Origin: Gammaproteobacteria bacterium | GTDB taxonomy: Bacteria; Pseudomonadota; Gammaproteobacteria; GCA-001735895 | Direction of reading: 5' to 3' | NCBI GenBank assembly: GCA_050298595.1 | Contig: JBNKUM010000048.1 | Location: 32,001-96,000, forward strand | DNA: 64,000 bases | Part shown: positions 1 through 9,599 of the stretch, piece by piece | Layout of the letters: each line of letters begins with the position of its first letter | How positions within the stretch are numbered: position 1 is the first letter of the stretch | Position numbers and translations under genes: made by a program | The notes under the pieces: generated by a model | The model's input: only the letters and a program-made list of their open reading frames with translations | The model's database searches: none | Told to the model about the DNA's origin: nothing

Positions 1-523
1 AATGAACAATTGGCGACTGAAAAAACTCAATTTTGTTATCTTGTTTAGAACTCAAATGGTTGTCGTGGTTCATACTGACAACCTGGCAAACTATACAACC
101 CTGTCTGATCTTGCTGGAAAAACTGTAGCTGTTCAAAAAGGCACCAGTTACAGTACCTGGATCGAACAGCAGAACGCATCAGATTTTGCAAAAAATCCGA
201 TGCGGATAGAGTTCATGTCCACAGATGAGAGCATGCAGGCCGTGGATGATAAACTGGTTGACTTTACCATCATCGGCGCCGACGGCGCTTTAAACTGGAC
301 TCGGAATAAAATAAAGCATTCAAGTGTTGCCTTTCCCATTGGTGAGGCTTCACAGGTTGGTTGGGCATTCAGAAAACAGGATAAAGACCTGCAGATTGTG
401 GTAAAAGACTTTTTTGACTCCCAGGCCAGGGCTGGTTCCCGGTTAGATGCTATCTGGGCTGAAAAGGTTGGTATTCCCCTGAGCGAGTTCACCTTGTTCA
501 TAGCGAACCTGTTACAGGACTGA
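1..523 (+). CDS. Periplasmic substrate-binding protein (amino-acid ABC/PBP2-like), 5'-truncated by the window edge
   Basis: Motifs LSDLAGKTVAVQKGTSY and VGWAFRKQDKDL are typical of family-3 solute-binding domains; ends 6 bp before the kinase gene. Confidence 0.75.
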   Translation, partial: MNNWRLKKLNFVILFRTQMVVVVHTDNLANYTTLSDLAGKTVAVQKGTSYSTWIEQQNASDFAKNPMRIEFMSTDESMQAVDDKLVDFTIIGADGALNWTRNKIKHSSVAFPIGEASQVGWAFRKQDKDLQIVVKDFFDSQARAGSRLDAIWAEKVGIPLSEFTLFIANLLQD

Positions 524-529
524 TCCCAG

Positions 530-3500
530 ATGCACTCGATTAAAAATAGACTCATTCTTGTCATAACCGGCCTGTTACTATTCGTAATCGTGGCCTTAAC
601 GGTTGTTACTGGGCTGGATTCATCCAGATTGATGCATGACGTGCTGGATCGGGAATTGCGACAGAACGTCAGACAGGGGCGTGAGCTTTTCCTGAATTTT
701 CTGAAATGGCAATCCATGAATCTGGAATTATGGAATGACCACCCCATTACCCATATTATTTTTGAGAACCCTGCCTTAGCAAACCTTTCCCGTTCGGGCC
801 TGGAAACCGCCTTAGAAAGGACCATAGAGCGCGCTCCCTGGATCAGCAACGTCCTTTTAATCAGTAATAACGAACTGATTTACGATCATGTTTTCAGGTT
901 GGACAGGAACGTTGAAAAACGCATAATCAGAGAAGAGCCTGGCGCACTGATAGCAAAAGGCGAACCTTTTGTCGGCAATCTGAATCTGTTCAGTCCCGGT
1001 CAGGATAAGGATGTGCTGGTTCTGGTACATCAATTTTCAAACAAGGGCGCCAGAGTGTCGGGGAAATTCATCCTCATGCTGCTGGATTTGCAGCTGGTAA
1101 ATAAGAGACTGTTTTCAGAGCTATCTGTTGGGCAGAAAGGCTTCCTCTCTCTTTTGGGCTGGAACCCTGAAAACAAAATTACCTCAGCTGTCACGGTTTC
1201 CAGCAATACAGAGCAGCGCGCTTTTGCTGCAGAGATATCGCGGAATCATTCCATTGAGGATCTGGAGAACTTTGATGGTTCGCTTATTTTGTCGACTCTC
1301 CCTGTTCCCGGGTACCCGATTGCCATTGTTGGGGCAATTCCCCGGCAGGAATTGAATCAACCAGTCCGCCAGTTGATCACAAACTCCATTCAATTGAGTG
1401 TTTTAATTCTCCTGATCGGTGTAGCAAGCGCTCTTTATCTGTCCGAAAAGCTAGCGGGACCTGTACTGAAGCTTGCTTCACGGGTAAAAGCGATTTCCTC
1501 TGAAAATTTAAATATTGGAGACGTATTTCATGCCAGCAGTATGCTTGAACGATCCGATGAGGTAGGAGTTCTGGCAAATGCCTTCAGCCGAATGTTGATT
1601 GAGCTGAAAGAGTATACCAGCGATCTTGAAAACAAGATTTCAGAGAGAACGTTTGAACTGAATATGGCCAATACCCAGCTGACTCAGATCATCGATCTTT
1701 TGCCAGAAGCCACCTTTGTTATCAACGGAAGAGGAGAGGTGATTTCCTGGAACAGGGCCATGGAATCCCTGACACAGATCCGAGCTCGGGAGATCCTGGG
1801 AAAAGATAATTATGAATATAGCCTGCCGTTTCATGGTGAGCGTCGTCCGCTATTGATTGACAGGGCGGGAGAGGATCAGGCTCTGCTGGAAGCAACCTGT
1901 CCTTCTGTCAGAAAAACGGAGTTTGGCGGGGTTGTTGCCGAATCCTTTTACCCATTGTTGAGAGGAGGGCGTTATTTTCTGGAAACGGCAGGGCCACTTC
2001 TGGATCTGGACGGGAACCCAGCCGGAGCCATTCAGTCGATTCAGGATATAACCTACCTGAAAGAGATGGAGAATGAGATCAAGCAGGCAAAGGATCTTGC
2101 TGAAGCTGCCACTAGAGCTAAGAGCGATTTTCTTGCCAATATGAGCCATGAAATTCGCACACCCATGAATGCAATTCTTGGCATGTGTCATCTGGTACTG
2201 AAAACGGATTTGACCCCAAAGCAGCATGATTACATCAAAAAGATCGACAACAGCGCCAATTCGCTGTTGGGTATAATCAACGACATCCTTGATTTTTCCA
2301 AGATTGAAGCCGGAAAGCTTGATGTTGAAGCGATAGATTTCAACATTACGGAAACACTGACCAGCGTAGCCAATATGATCACGGTCAAGGCTCAGGAAAA
2401 AGAAAATCTGGAAGTGCTGTTCCGACTCGATCCGAGCGTGCCACATCATCTGATAGGCGACCCCTTGCGACTAAGCCAGATACTCATCAATCTGGGTAGC
2501 AATGCTGTAAAATTTACCGTCGAAGGAGAGATCGTTTTAAGCTGCACAATGGTGGAAAAATCGGAACAAACTATTTCTCTTCAGTTTAGTGTCAAAGACA
2601 GCGGTATCGGAATGACAGCTGAACAAAAAGCCCTTTTGTTTCAGGCATTTTCCCAGGCGGATGCATCAACCACCAGAAAATATGGCGGCACGGGATTGGG
2701 GCTGACCATCTGCAAACGTCTCGTCGGTATGATGGAGGGCAAAATCTGGGTGGAAAGTGAGCCAGGTACAGGCAGTGAATTTTTCTTTACGGTAGCGCTA
2801 AAGATTGGGGAAGATAAAGCAGAACAACCACTGGAGCTGACGCAAGACCTGAAAAATCTTCCGGTTTTGGTGATTGACGATAACAGTTCATCCCTGCAGA
2901 TACTCGATGAGATGCTTCAGGAGCTATCTTTTGAAGTGGATCTGGCATCTTCCGGTACAAAAGGGCTGGAACTTATTGCACATGCTGGAAAAAATCAGGC
3001 TTATCGACTGGTACTGATAGACTGGAAGATGCCTGGAATGGACGGTATTGAAACGGCCATGAAAATCCGCGCAATGGCCGAACTTCCTGAACAGCCCAAA
3101 ATTATCCTGATCACAGCCTTCGCCCATGAAGAGGCCCAGCAACAAGTCTGGAAAGTTGGTTTGGACGGACTGCTCATCAAACCGGTGTCCCCCTCCGACC
3201 TCTTCGATGCTGTGATGAAGGCATTCGGGAAAAGCGAAGACAAAGGGATGGTCAGGACCGATTGGCAGGATCGAGAAGCTGATATAGTCAGACCGATACT
3301 TGGTTCCCGCATTCTGCTGGTGGAGGACAATGAAATCAACCAGCAGATAGCTGAAGAAATCCTCTCAGGAGCCGGTCTTTCGGTGACTCTTGCCATTAAT
3401 GGCAAAGAAGCGGTTGACGCTGTCCGTGCAGGGAACTTTCATGCTGTGTTGATGGATATTCAAATGCCAGTTATGGATGGCTACGAAGCCACACGTCAAA

Positions 3501-4099
3501 TTCGAGAAATGGACCAGCATAAGGCACTGCCGATAATCGCCATGACAGCCAGTGCCATGACTCAGGACAAAGAAAAGGCTCAGCAGGCCGGCATGAACGA
3601 TCATGTGAGCAAACCGATCAATATACAGGAACTTTTCTCCACCCTGGTCAAATGGATTAAACCGACTGACTGGGAAGCTGTTTTGTCTGAAGAAAAGCCG
3701 CTGGTTCCGGCCCCTCCAGTCCAGGCCTCGGAGCCGATACGGGAACTGGCTAATATGCCGGGTATTTCAGTGGACAGCGGCCTGTATCATCTAAGAGGCA
3801 ACAAGACTCTCTACACCAAATTGCTGGTCCAGTTCGTCAACGAGTATCCGGATGCATTGGATGAAATTCGAGCAGCCCTGACCTCTGGAGACATGGAAAG
3901 GGCTCAGCTGCTGGCCCACACGCTCAAGGGAGTGTCGGGTAATCTGGGTTTTCACAATCTCCAGCCAGCAGCCGAAGCCTTAGAGCATGCGGTTAAAGAG
4001 GGAGATCTGACCGATATTGATGAGTTAATGGAAAACGTTGATACGACACTCAAGGATGTAGTTGCTACGCTGAGGAGTTTTACTCAGTCTGTGACGTAA
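530..4099 (+). CDS. Hybrid sensor histidine kinase (TM, HAMP, PAS, HisKA, HATPase, 2x REC, Hpt)
   Basis: H-box [15 protein letters not shown]-box NLGSNAVKFT, G-boxes DSGIG and GGTGLGL, two receiver domains (LIDWKMP, LMDIQMP), Hpt AHTLKGVSGNLG. Confidence 0.95.
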   Translation: MHSIKNRLILVITGLLLFVIVALTVVTGLDSSRLMHDVLDRELRQNVRQGRELFLNFLKWQSMNLELWNDHPITHIIFENPALANLSRSGLETALERTIERAPWISNVLLISNNELIYDHVFRLDRNVEKRIIREEPGALIAKGEPFVGNLNLFSPGQDKDVLVLVHQFSNKGARVSGKFILMLLDLQLVNKRLFSELSVGQKGFLSLLGWNPENKITSAVTVSSNTEQRAFAAEISRNHSIEDLENFDGSLILSTLPVPGYPIAIVGAIPRQELNQPVRQLITNSIQLSVLILLIGVASALYLSEKLAGPVLKLASRVKAISSENLNIGDVFHASSMLERSDEVGVLANAFSRMLIELKEYTSDLENKISERTFELNMANTQLTQIIDLLPEATFVINGRGEVISWNRAMESLTQIRAREILGKDNYEYSLPFHGERRPLLIDRAGEDQALLEATCPSVRKTEFGGVVAESFYPLLRGGRYFLETAGPLLDLDGNPAGAIQSIQDITYLKEMENEIKQAKDLAEAATRAKSDFLANMSHEIRTPMNAILGMCHLVLKTDLTPKQHDYIKKIDNSANSLLGIINDILDFSKIEAGKLDVEAIDFNITETLTSVANMITVKAQEKENLEVLFRLDPSVPHHLIGDPLRLSQILINLGSNAVKFTVEGEIVLSCTMVEKSEQTISLQFSVKDSGIGMTAEQKALLFQAFSQADASTTRKYGGTGLGLTICKRLVGMMEGKIWVESEPGTGSEFFFTVALKIGEDKAEQPLELTQDLKNLPVLVIDDNSSSLQILDEMLQELSFEVDLASSGTKGLELIAHAGKNQAYRLVLIDWKMPGMDGIETAMKIRAMAELPEQPKIILITAFAHEEAQQQVWKVGLDGLLIKPVSPSDLFDAVMKAFGKSEDKGMVRTDWQDREADIVRPILGSRILLVEDNEINQQIAEEILSGAGLSVTLAINGKEAVDAVRAGNFHAVLMDIQMPVMDGYEATRQIREMDQHKALPIIAMTASAMTQDKEKAQQAGMNDHVSKPINIQELFSTLVKWIKPTDWEAVLSEEKPLVPAPPVQASEPIRELANMPGISVDSGLYHLRGNKTLYTKLLVQFVNEYPDALDEIRAALTSGDMERAQLLAHTLKGVSGNLGFHNLQPAAEALEHAVKEGDLTDIDELMENVDTTLKDVVATLRSFTQSVT

Positions 4100-4131
4100 T
4101 GCATTGGGGTCGTCATTATCGTACTAACCTT

Positions 4132-4374
4132 TTATTGTCCCCCGACCTTGAAGCGGATGTTTAAACAGTTAAAAGAAAGTGGTATTAAGAAGAAATTCCG
4201 GATTTGTTTATCTAATACAAGCATACGATCCTCAATCCATTGCCTTCGATGTTTGTAATCATGTCCAGTCTGATTATCTTTGCCGCAGAGAAAGGTACGT
4301 CGAACGTAGCGTGAGGTGCAGTGGTAATAAGGGGTGGCCTCGAGAGAAACCTGAGTCTTCCTGGCTTTAGGCAT
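4132..4374 (-). pseudogene. Truncated Y1/RAYT-type (IS200-like, REP-associated) transposase, N-terminal ~55 aa only
   Basis: [31 protein letters not shown]...HRRQWIEDR matches the family N-terminus; similarity is lost afterwards, before the HUH and Tyr motifs. Confidence 0.8.
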
Positions 4375-4591
4375 AATGTGCTCCTTGCGTTGAGTCAATG
4401 GATTTTACGTTACCGTTGATCTATAGTAGCGTTAAGCTTCAAAAAGTGGATGTCCCAAAAAGATTAGTAAATTGGATAAAAGCCATCGATACAGCATGGC
4501 AAATTGGCATCAGAGCTATCAGGAGCCATGCAATAAAATGATCACCGCAATACAATCCCCTATTATTAAAGAGTGTGCCCATCGCGGCATA

Positions 4592-4650
4592 GTCCAACAG
4601 TCATTTATACAACGTGCTGTGCACTTTGTATAAATACTAAGCTGTTATGC
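4592..4650 (+). repeat. attC site, 59 bp
   Basis: GTCCAAC (4592-4598) ... ATTTATACAA / TTGTATAAAT inner stem ... GTTATGC (4644-4650). Confidence 0.75.
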
Positions 4651-4667
4651 TTCAAGAAGGATGTCGT

Positions 4668-5114
4668 ATGAAAGAAGAAATATCGCTTAGAGCTGCGGCC
4701 ATGGATGATGCGGATATGCTACTCGAATGGCGCAATGATCCAGGAGCAAGAAAAGCCAGCCACAATACGGCTGAAGTTCAGAGGATTGAACACATATCGT
4801 GGTTATCACAGACACTCAGCAATCCCAATCGAAGGCTATACGTCGCTGAAGAATACGGCGTTCCTGTCGGCACTATTCGAGCAGATTTTGCGGATGGTGT
4901 ATGGGAACTGTCATGGACGGTATCTCCGAAAGCAAGAGGGCGAGGGGTAGCAAAACACATGGTTGCTGAGATGGCAAATCAAATCTCGGAACCAATCCGA
5001 GCAGAGGTTAAAATTGGAAACATTGCGTCGGCGCGAATTGCCGAATATGCAGGTATGGAATTTGAGCGAGAGACTGGTGGTGTGCTTCATTACAAGAGAG
5101 CAGCACTAGGATGA
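4668..5114 (+). CDS. GNAT family N-acetyltransferase (cassette gene)
   Basis: Motif A VSPKARGRGVA and motif B NIASARIAEYAG; ATG 4668 preferred because 4647 lies within the attC core. Confidence 0.85.
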   Translation: MKEEISLRAAAMDDADMLLEWRNDPGARKASHNTAEVQRIEHISWLSQTLSNPNRRLYVAEEYGVPVGTIRADFADGVWELSWTVSPKARGRGVAKHMVAEMANQISEPIRAEVKIGNIASARIAEYAGMEFERETGGVLHYKRAALG

Positions 5115-5126
5115 ACATGAGGCATA

Positions 5127-5417
5127 ATCGGGATAGAGAGCTACTCAAGTAGCCCCCTCCCACAGCACCGTACATACGTGTCCGTATACGCCGCCTGACC
5201 TGTTATTAACTGAGATACTTCATCGGGCAAATGAATTCATATCAAGTGCCTATCGGGCCGTAGCCGGATGGTGAATCTTGCACCATAGCCTACGCACGGA
5301 GATGAGTCCTATCTTTTCGAAATGTGCATTGTTCAAACCAGCATTGCTCGCCAGTGTCTTCGACTGTCGCCAGTAACTTTTACGCGATAGCCCCAGACTG
5401 ATGGCATCAGGTTTTCG
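5127..5417 (-). mobile_element. Group IIC(-attC) intron 3' remnant: IEP C-terminus plus domains V and VI
   Basis: Minus strand reads ...AISLGLSRKSYWRQSKTLASNAGLNNAHFEKIGLISVRRLWCKIHHPATAR*, then D5-like CGTATACGGACACGTATGTACGGTGCTGTGGGAGG and D6 ending CTATCCCGAT joined to TATGC of the cassette inverse core. Confidence 0.85.
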
Positions 5418-5585
5418 CTGAAAAATTGAAAGTAACTCAATATCTGGAAACTTTCCGCCTATTCTGGTACAACCGTTTCAATGGATTCTGGACGAAGAAT
5501 ATGCTAAGTTTTTGAAATTGTAAGGAAATAACAATAAAAAGTGGTCTATACATGCTTAAAAATTCGTTATTAATTCCCCGGGATA

Positions 5586-5642
5586 GGCCGCAAGTTGCGG
5601 TAATTAGATGCCGCAACTTGCGGCCCAATTAGAATGTTAGCT
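5586..5642 (+). other. Putative attI-like recombination site preceded by a perfect 15-bp inverted repeat
   Basis: GGCCGCAAGTTGCGG (5586-5600) / CCGCAACTTGCGGCC (5611-5625), then GTTAGCT (5636-5642), complementary to AGCTAAC ending the next cassette; no upstream RYYYAAC, so not an attC. Confidence 0.55.
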
Positions 5643-5662
5643 GTAAAAAATGGAGTCCCATC

Positions 5663-6343
5663 GTGTTTGTAGGGAAAAAAGCACTACTGCTCGATATGAA
5701 CAGCACATTTATGTTTGACGAGGACAGATTCGGCGATTCCGAAGATTTCTCGGTGCACTATTCCAAGATAGGCGGAAAACTTCCGCAAGTTGAAATTAAT
5801 ATGATTGTGCGGGCTGTGTACGAGTACCTGGACGCTCGGTACCCAGACGAAAACTATCGGCATAGTTTCCCATCTATGGAAAGTGCAATACGCGAGGTTG
5901 CCGATAAAACTTTGAGCGGAGATGAGATCAAAAAAATTATTAATACCTTCGCCTTCCACGAACTTGGTTCTATCCCCAAAGAATACGCCGCAGCACTTCA
6001 TGAATTGCGGAAACGCTTTACGTTGGCAGCCGTCATCGACATCTGGGCACCAAAAACAGCATGGTTAAAAGAGTTCGAGCGCGCGGATATTTCAGGCCTG
6101 TTTTCCGCCACCTCGTTCTCCTCCGATCATGGTATGGTAAAGCCATCGCCGAGGCCCTTTGAGTTAGTGTTGAGCCAACTTGGAATGGAGAAATCTCAAG
6201 CCATTGTGGTCGGTGACTCCCCGCGAAGAGACCTTGGTGGTGCGAAGAGCGCTGGCATTGATTGCATATTGGTTGGTGGTGCTGAACATCCCGGCGCACT
6301 GAAAAGCTTTAACAACTTGCTAGAGTTATGCAACGTAATCTAA
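5663..6343 (+). CDS. HAD-superfamily hydrolase (cassette gene)
   Basis: Motif I LLLDMNSTF, motifs III/IV KPSP...VVGDSPRRDLGGA. Confidence 0.85.
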   Translation: MFVGKKALLLDMNSTFMFDEDRFGDSEDFSVHYSKIGGKLPQVEINMIVRAVYEYLDARYPDENYRHSFPSMESAIREVADKTLSGDEIKKIINTFAFHELGSIPKEYAAALHELRKRFTLAAVIDIWAPKTAWLKEFERADISGLFSATSFSSDHGMVKPSPRPFELVLSQLGMEKSQAIVVGDSPRRDLGGAKSAGIDCILVGGAEHPGALKSFNNLLELCNVI

Positions 6344-6347
6344 ACAC

Positions 6348-6407
6348 AGCTAACAAATCACCCCAGCCAACGCCAAAAAGCGGCGCGACAGAGCTTTAAC
6401 GTTATGC
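6348..6407 (+). repeat. attC site, 60 bp
   Basis: AGCTAAC (6348-6354), inner CGCC/GGCG stem, GTTATGC (6401-6407). Confidence 0.85.
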
Positions 6408-6429
6408 GCAATATTGAGGAACATAAGTC

Positions 6430-6867
6430 ATGAGCTCGGCATTGTTACCAATTCATCTCTCCTTTGTAGGATTATGGTTGGGGTGTGTGCTTACAGAGGC
6501 GTTATTTGAGCGGGCATTGCTTGGGAAAGGTACAGAACAGGTGCTTACGCTTGTTGCGCTCCACAAGCGTGTTGATCTGATCGTGGAGATCCCCGCCTTT
6601 GTTACTGTTCTGATTACAGGCGCTCTAATGTACTCGTCGGAAACTACAAGTGGCCTGATTCACACAAAGATTGCGTTCGGCCTTCTAGCTATTGCTGCGA
6701 ACGTATATTGCGTATGGTTGGTTTTCCAGCGGGCAGTAGCCGCAGAAGAAGGAAATTGGAAAGAGTTTGACCGCCTTGACCATAAACAACATAAGTACGG
6801 AGCTGTTGTGCTTTTTGCAATTATCGCAGCTTTGGTCATCGGGGTGTCCGTCTATGGCAACGTATAA
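6430..6867 (+). CDS. Hypothetical membrane protein, ~4 TM helices (cassette gene)
   Basis: GAGG RBS, hydrophobic segments; stop codon lies within the attC inverse core. Confidence 0.75.
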   Translation: MSSALLPIHLSFVGLWLGCVLTEALFERALLGKGTEQVLTLVALHKRVDLIVEIPAFVTVLITGALMYSSETTSGLIHTKIAFGLLAIAANVYCVWLVFQRAVAAEEGNWKEFDRLDHKQHKYGAVVLFAIIAALVIGVSVYGNV

Positions 6868-6930
6868 CTATACGCTCCAGCCTATGTCAGGCCGCAACGC
6901 GGCCTTCCTCGGCTCAGCGTCGCGGTATGA
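6862..6930 (+). repeat. attC site, 69 bp, core mutated (GGT instead of GTT)
   Basis: GTATAAC ... ACGCTCCAGCC / GGCTCAGCGT arms, AGGCCGC/GCGGCCT inner stem ... GGTATGA. Confidence 0.8.
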
Positions 6931-6957
6931 TTATTAGAGGTTGCCTCTAAGAGGAAA

Positions 6958-7920
6958 ATGACATTGAACGAAGCTGAATCAGTCAAGGTTTATATTCATC
7001 GAGTTAATCGAGTAATAGATTATATAAAGGCCAATCTTGATAGTGATTTATCTTTAGATCGTTTATCTGGTGTTGCAAACTTTTCCAAGTATTACTTTCA
7101 TCGAATATTCAAAGCCGTGATGGGTGAGAATGTAAATGCATATGTTGGTCGCTTACGTGCTGAGAGATCAGCGTTTATGCTGCTTTATAATCCAGGTAAA
7201 TCAATCACATCTATAGCTTACGACGTTGGCTTTAGTAGTCCATCGGTGTATTCACGTGAATTTAAATCTTTCTATAAACTACCTCCTTCCAAATGGAGGA
7301 AAATTAAAAATAGCAATCTTTGCAAAGTAGAAAGCAATTTTAGCAAAGAACTGCATAAGCCTGGGTTTTATATTAATTTCTCCGAAACAAAGCCTATATG
7401 GAGTAATAATATGACTCAGAATATTGAATTAAATATTGAAGTTCGTGAAATGCCCGAGATTCCTATCGCCTACGTGAGACATCATGGTGCGTACGATCCA
7501 TTAGATAAACAACTATTCCAATCATTATTTCAAAAATTAATGTCTTGGGCTGTACCGCTGAATTTATTTAAACCGCCGCAAACCAAAGCCATGACTATCT
7601 ATAGTGGTGGCCACCCAGATACAACAGAATCAGACAAGCTTACAGTCGACGTCGCAATTAGTCTTGAAGGAGCTGTAAATGTCAAAGGTGATATTGGCGT
7701 GCGGTCCATTCCAGCGGGACAGTACGCAGTTGTGAGTCTTGTTGATGCCACTATGGACGAATCCGGAAAGGCTTGGGATACACTCTTTAATGATTGGTTA
7801 CCTCACAGTGGCTACCAGCCCGGGGATGGCGCGTATTATATAAATCATCAAAACGATCCTGAGCAACATCTCCAGAAATTGTACACCCTGGAGATGTATT
7901 TGCCGGTGAAGCCGCTATAG
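6958..7920 (+). CDS. AraC-family regulator with C-terminal GyrI-like effector domain (cassette gene)
   Basis: N-terminal LSLDRLSGVANFSKYYFHRIFK and ITSIAYDVGFSSPS; C-terminal IAYVRHHGAY, IPAGQYAV, WLPHSGYQP. Confidence 0.9.
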   Translation: MTLNEAESVKVYIHRVNRVIDYIKANLDSDLSLDRLSGVANFSKYYFHRIFKAVMGENVNAYVGRLRAERSAFMLLYNPGKSITSIAYDVGFSSPSVYSREFKSFYKLPPSKWRKIKNSNLCKVESNFSKELHKPGFYINFSETKPIWSNNMTQNIELNIEVREMPEIPIAYVRHHGAYDPLDKQLFQSLFQKLMSWAVPLNLFKPPQTKAMTIYSGGHPDTTESDKLTVDVAISLEGAVNVKGDIGVRSIPAGQYAVVSLVDATMDESGKAWDTLFNDWLPHSGYQPGDGAYYINHQNDPEQHLQKLYTLEMYLPVKPL

Positions 7921-7926
7921 AAAAAA

Positions 7927-8035
7927 ACATAACAATGGCGCTTAACTCGGACACATCTACGCAATGTAAATTTTGTGCTTTGAATAGCAAAAAATATCCA
8001 TTGCTACGGCGTGTCGGTTGGCGCTGTCGTTAGAA
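7927..8035 (+). repeat. attC site, 109 bp
   Basis: ACATAAC ... GGCGCTTAAC / GTTGGCGCT arms, GACAC/GTGTC and GCAATG/CATTGC stems ... GTTAGAA. Confidence 0.85.
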
Positions 8036-8052
8036 GGAAACAAAAGAAGAGC

Positions 8053-8694
8053 ATGAATCAGATACTAATATACTCAGACAGTCTCACTTGGGGAATTATC
8101 CCTAACACAAGGAAACGACTTACATACGATAAAAGATGGCCCGGGGTATTCGAAAAATCTTTATCTGAAATGGGCAAAAATATTCGTGTTATTGAAAATT
8201 GTCTTAATGGACGGAGAACAGCATGGAGTGACCCATTCAAAGAGGGTAGAGATGGTTCAGTCGGTTTGGCACAAGTTATTGAAATGAACTCCCCCTTAAA
8301 GCTTGTAATCTTAATGTTGGGAACTAATGATTTTCAATGTATGCATGATAATAATGCCTGGTTATCATCCCAGGGAATGGCTAAGTTAATAAACATAGTA
8401 CGTCAAGCCTCAATAGAGCCTGGAATGCCAGCGCCAGAAATATTGGTCGTTTCTCCACCAAAAATAATAAAACCCAAGGGTTCAATTGCACCAAAATTTA
8501 GTGGTGCTGAGAATAGAGATATCGGTCTTGCCTCTGAACTTGAACGAATCTCAAAGGAATATTCGACTTATTTCTTTGACACAGCTACCGTGACAGAGGC
8601 AAGTGCTGTTGATGGTATTCACCTGGATGAAAATCAACATTTAGAACTAGGTAAAGCAATTGCAAAGGCTGTTGCAGATGTCATCACCTTCTAA
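8053..8694 (+). CDS. SGNH/GDSL hydrolase (cassette gene)
   Basis: Blocks YSDSLTWG, LNGR, MLGTND, DGIH; the upstream GTG at 8011 lies inside the attC, so ATG 8053 is used. Confidence 0.9.
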   Translation: MNQILIYSDSLTWGIIPNTRKRLTYDKRWPGVFEKSLSEMGKNIRVIENCLNGRRTAWSDPFKEGRDGSVGLAQVIEMNSPLKLVILMLGTNDFQCMHDNNAWLSSQGMAKLINIVRQASIEPGMPAPEILVVSPPKIIKPKGSIAPKFSGAENRDIGLASELERISKEYSTYFFDTATVTEASAVDGIHLDENQHLELGKAIAKAVADVITF

Positions 8695-8753
8695 CAATGC
8701 CTTCAAAGATGGACGCCGCACAAACTCGGCGCTCTTTAACTTAACCGTTATGC
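8689..8753 (+). repeat. attC site, 65 bp
   Basis: TTCTAAC (exact complement of the cassette's left GTTAGAA), CGCCG/CGGCG stem, GTTATGC (8747-8753). Confidence 0.85.
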
Positions 8754-8765
8754 GTAGGAAGAAAC

Positions 8766-9194
8766 GTGACTAAAAAAATTGATTTTGATTTGGCTTGGGG
8801 CGGTTACTATGTGTGTTCCGAAAAAGACAGTGATGCTTTTTCAGTTATTCGAATACTTGACTTCAATCGTGATGCATACCATGCCTCGCTTTATGACGAG
8901 TCCTTCGACGACATTCCAAGCGCTATTGATATCGAGAAGCTTTCTCCATTTATAGGTCATGCGCCAATAGATGCAAAAGGTCTTTTAAAATATGAAATGT
9001 TGACCCTAATAGATAGAAAGCCATTAACTCGAAGTGACTTAGAAGGTTATATGTACTATCTGGCTGAGTTTGATGTTTCTGAAGATGAAAGGGAAGAACT
9101 TACTAATTCGTTAATAAATTTTAGTAATGAAAAACCTATGGCTTTGAGCCTATATCTTTCTGAGGGTGAACTTCAAATTGAAGAGAGGGTATAA
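8766..9194 (+). CDS. Acidic hypothetical protein (cassette gene)
   Basis: 142-aa ORF with AGGA RBS, bounded by attC sites. Confidence 0.7.
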   Translation: MTKKIDFDLAWGGYYVCSEKDSDAFSVIRILDFNRDAYHASLYDESFDDIPSAIDIEKLSPFIGHAPIDAKGLLKYEMLTLIDRKPLTRSDLEGYMYYLAEFDVSEDEREELTNSLINFSNEKPMALSLYLSEGELQIEERV

Positions 9195-9209
9195 GATTGA
9201 CGATAAAGC

Positions 9210-9288
9210 ACATAAGAATAGGGTCAAGTTGCTCCCTGAGGTCACGGGAATCTGGCTACCTCTCGCCCCCTTACCCTGTGTGTTATGT
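9210..9288 (+). repeat. attC site, 79 bp, inverse core mutated (AAG instead of AAC)
   Basis: ACATAAG ... AGGGTCAAG / CTTACCCT arms with one extrahelical base ... GTTATGT. Confidence 0.75.
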
Positions 9289-9296
9289 GAATCAGT

Positions 9297-9599
9297 ATGA
9301 GTAGGCTAGCTCCTAAACAGAAAGAACTCTGGGAGAAAATCCAAAGAATACTCTGGGAAAAGTGGGACCCAATCGGAGTCTACGAAGAAGATAGTGAATG
9401 GGACGATGAGTACGATAGCTATGCGCCCCACATATTTAGATTGGTAATTGAAGGAAATGATCATATTCGTATTGCAGCGTCATTAACTTCAACAATAAAT
9501 CAAAATATTGGGTTGAGTGCCAGTAATAATAATGAGCACGACTTAAAAGTAGCTAAGTTAATTGTTCAGGCTAAAAAAGAAATTCTAGGCAGATACTGA
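9297..9599 (+). CDS. Hypothetical protein with WDPIGV...DEYDSY motif (DUF1871-like; cassette gene, attC lost)
   Basis: Motif LWEKWDPIGV...DDEYDSYA; runs directly into the second intron remnant. Confidence 0.7.
   Translation: MSRLAPKQKELWEKIQRILWEKWDPIGVYEEDSEWDDEYDSYAPHIFRLVIEGNDHIRIAASLTSTINQNIGLSASNNNEHDLKVAKLIVQAKKEILGRY

Noticed and set aside
148-3604. Long antisense ORFs (148-849, 1850-2449, 3001-3405) and similar shadow ORFs across the kinase, TPR and atp genes
   Set aside because: They lie within well-supported genes on the opposite strand or another frame and have no recognisable motifs.
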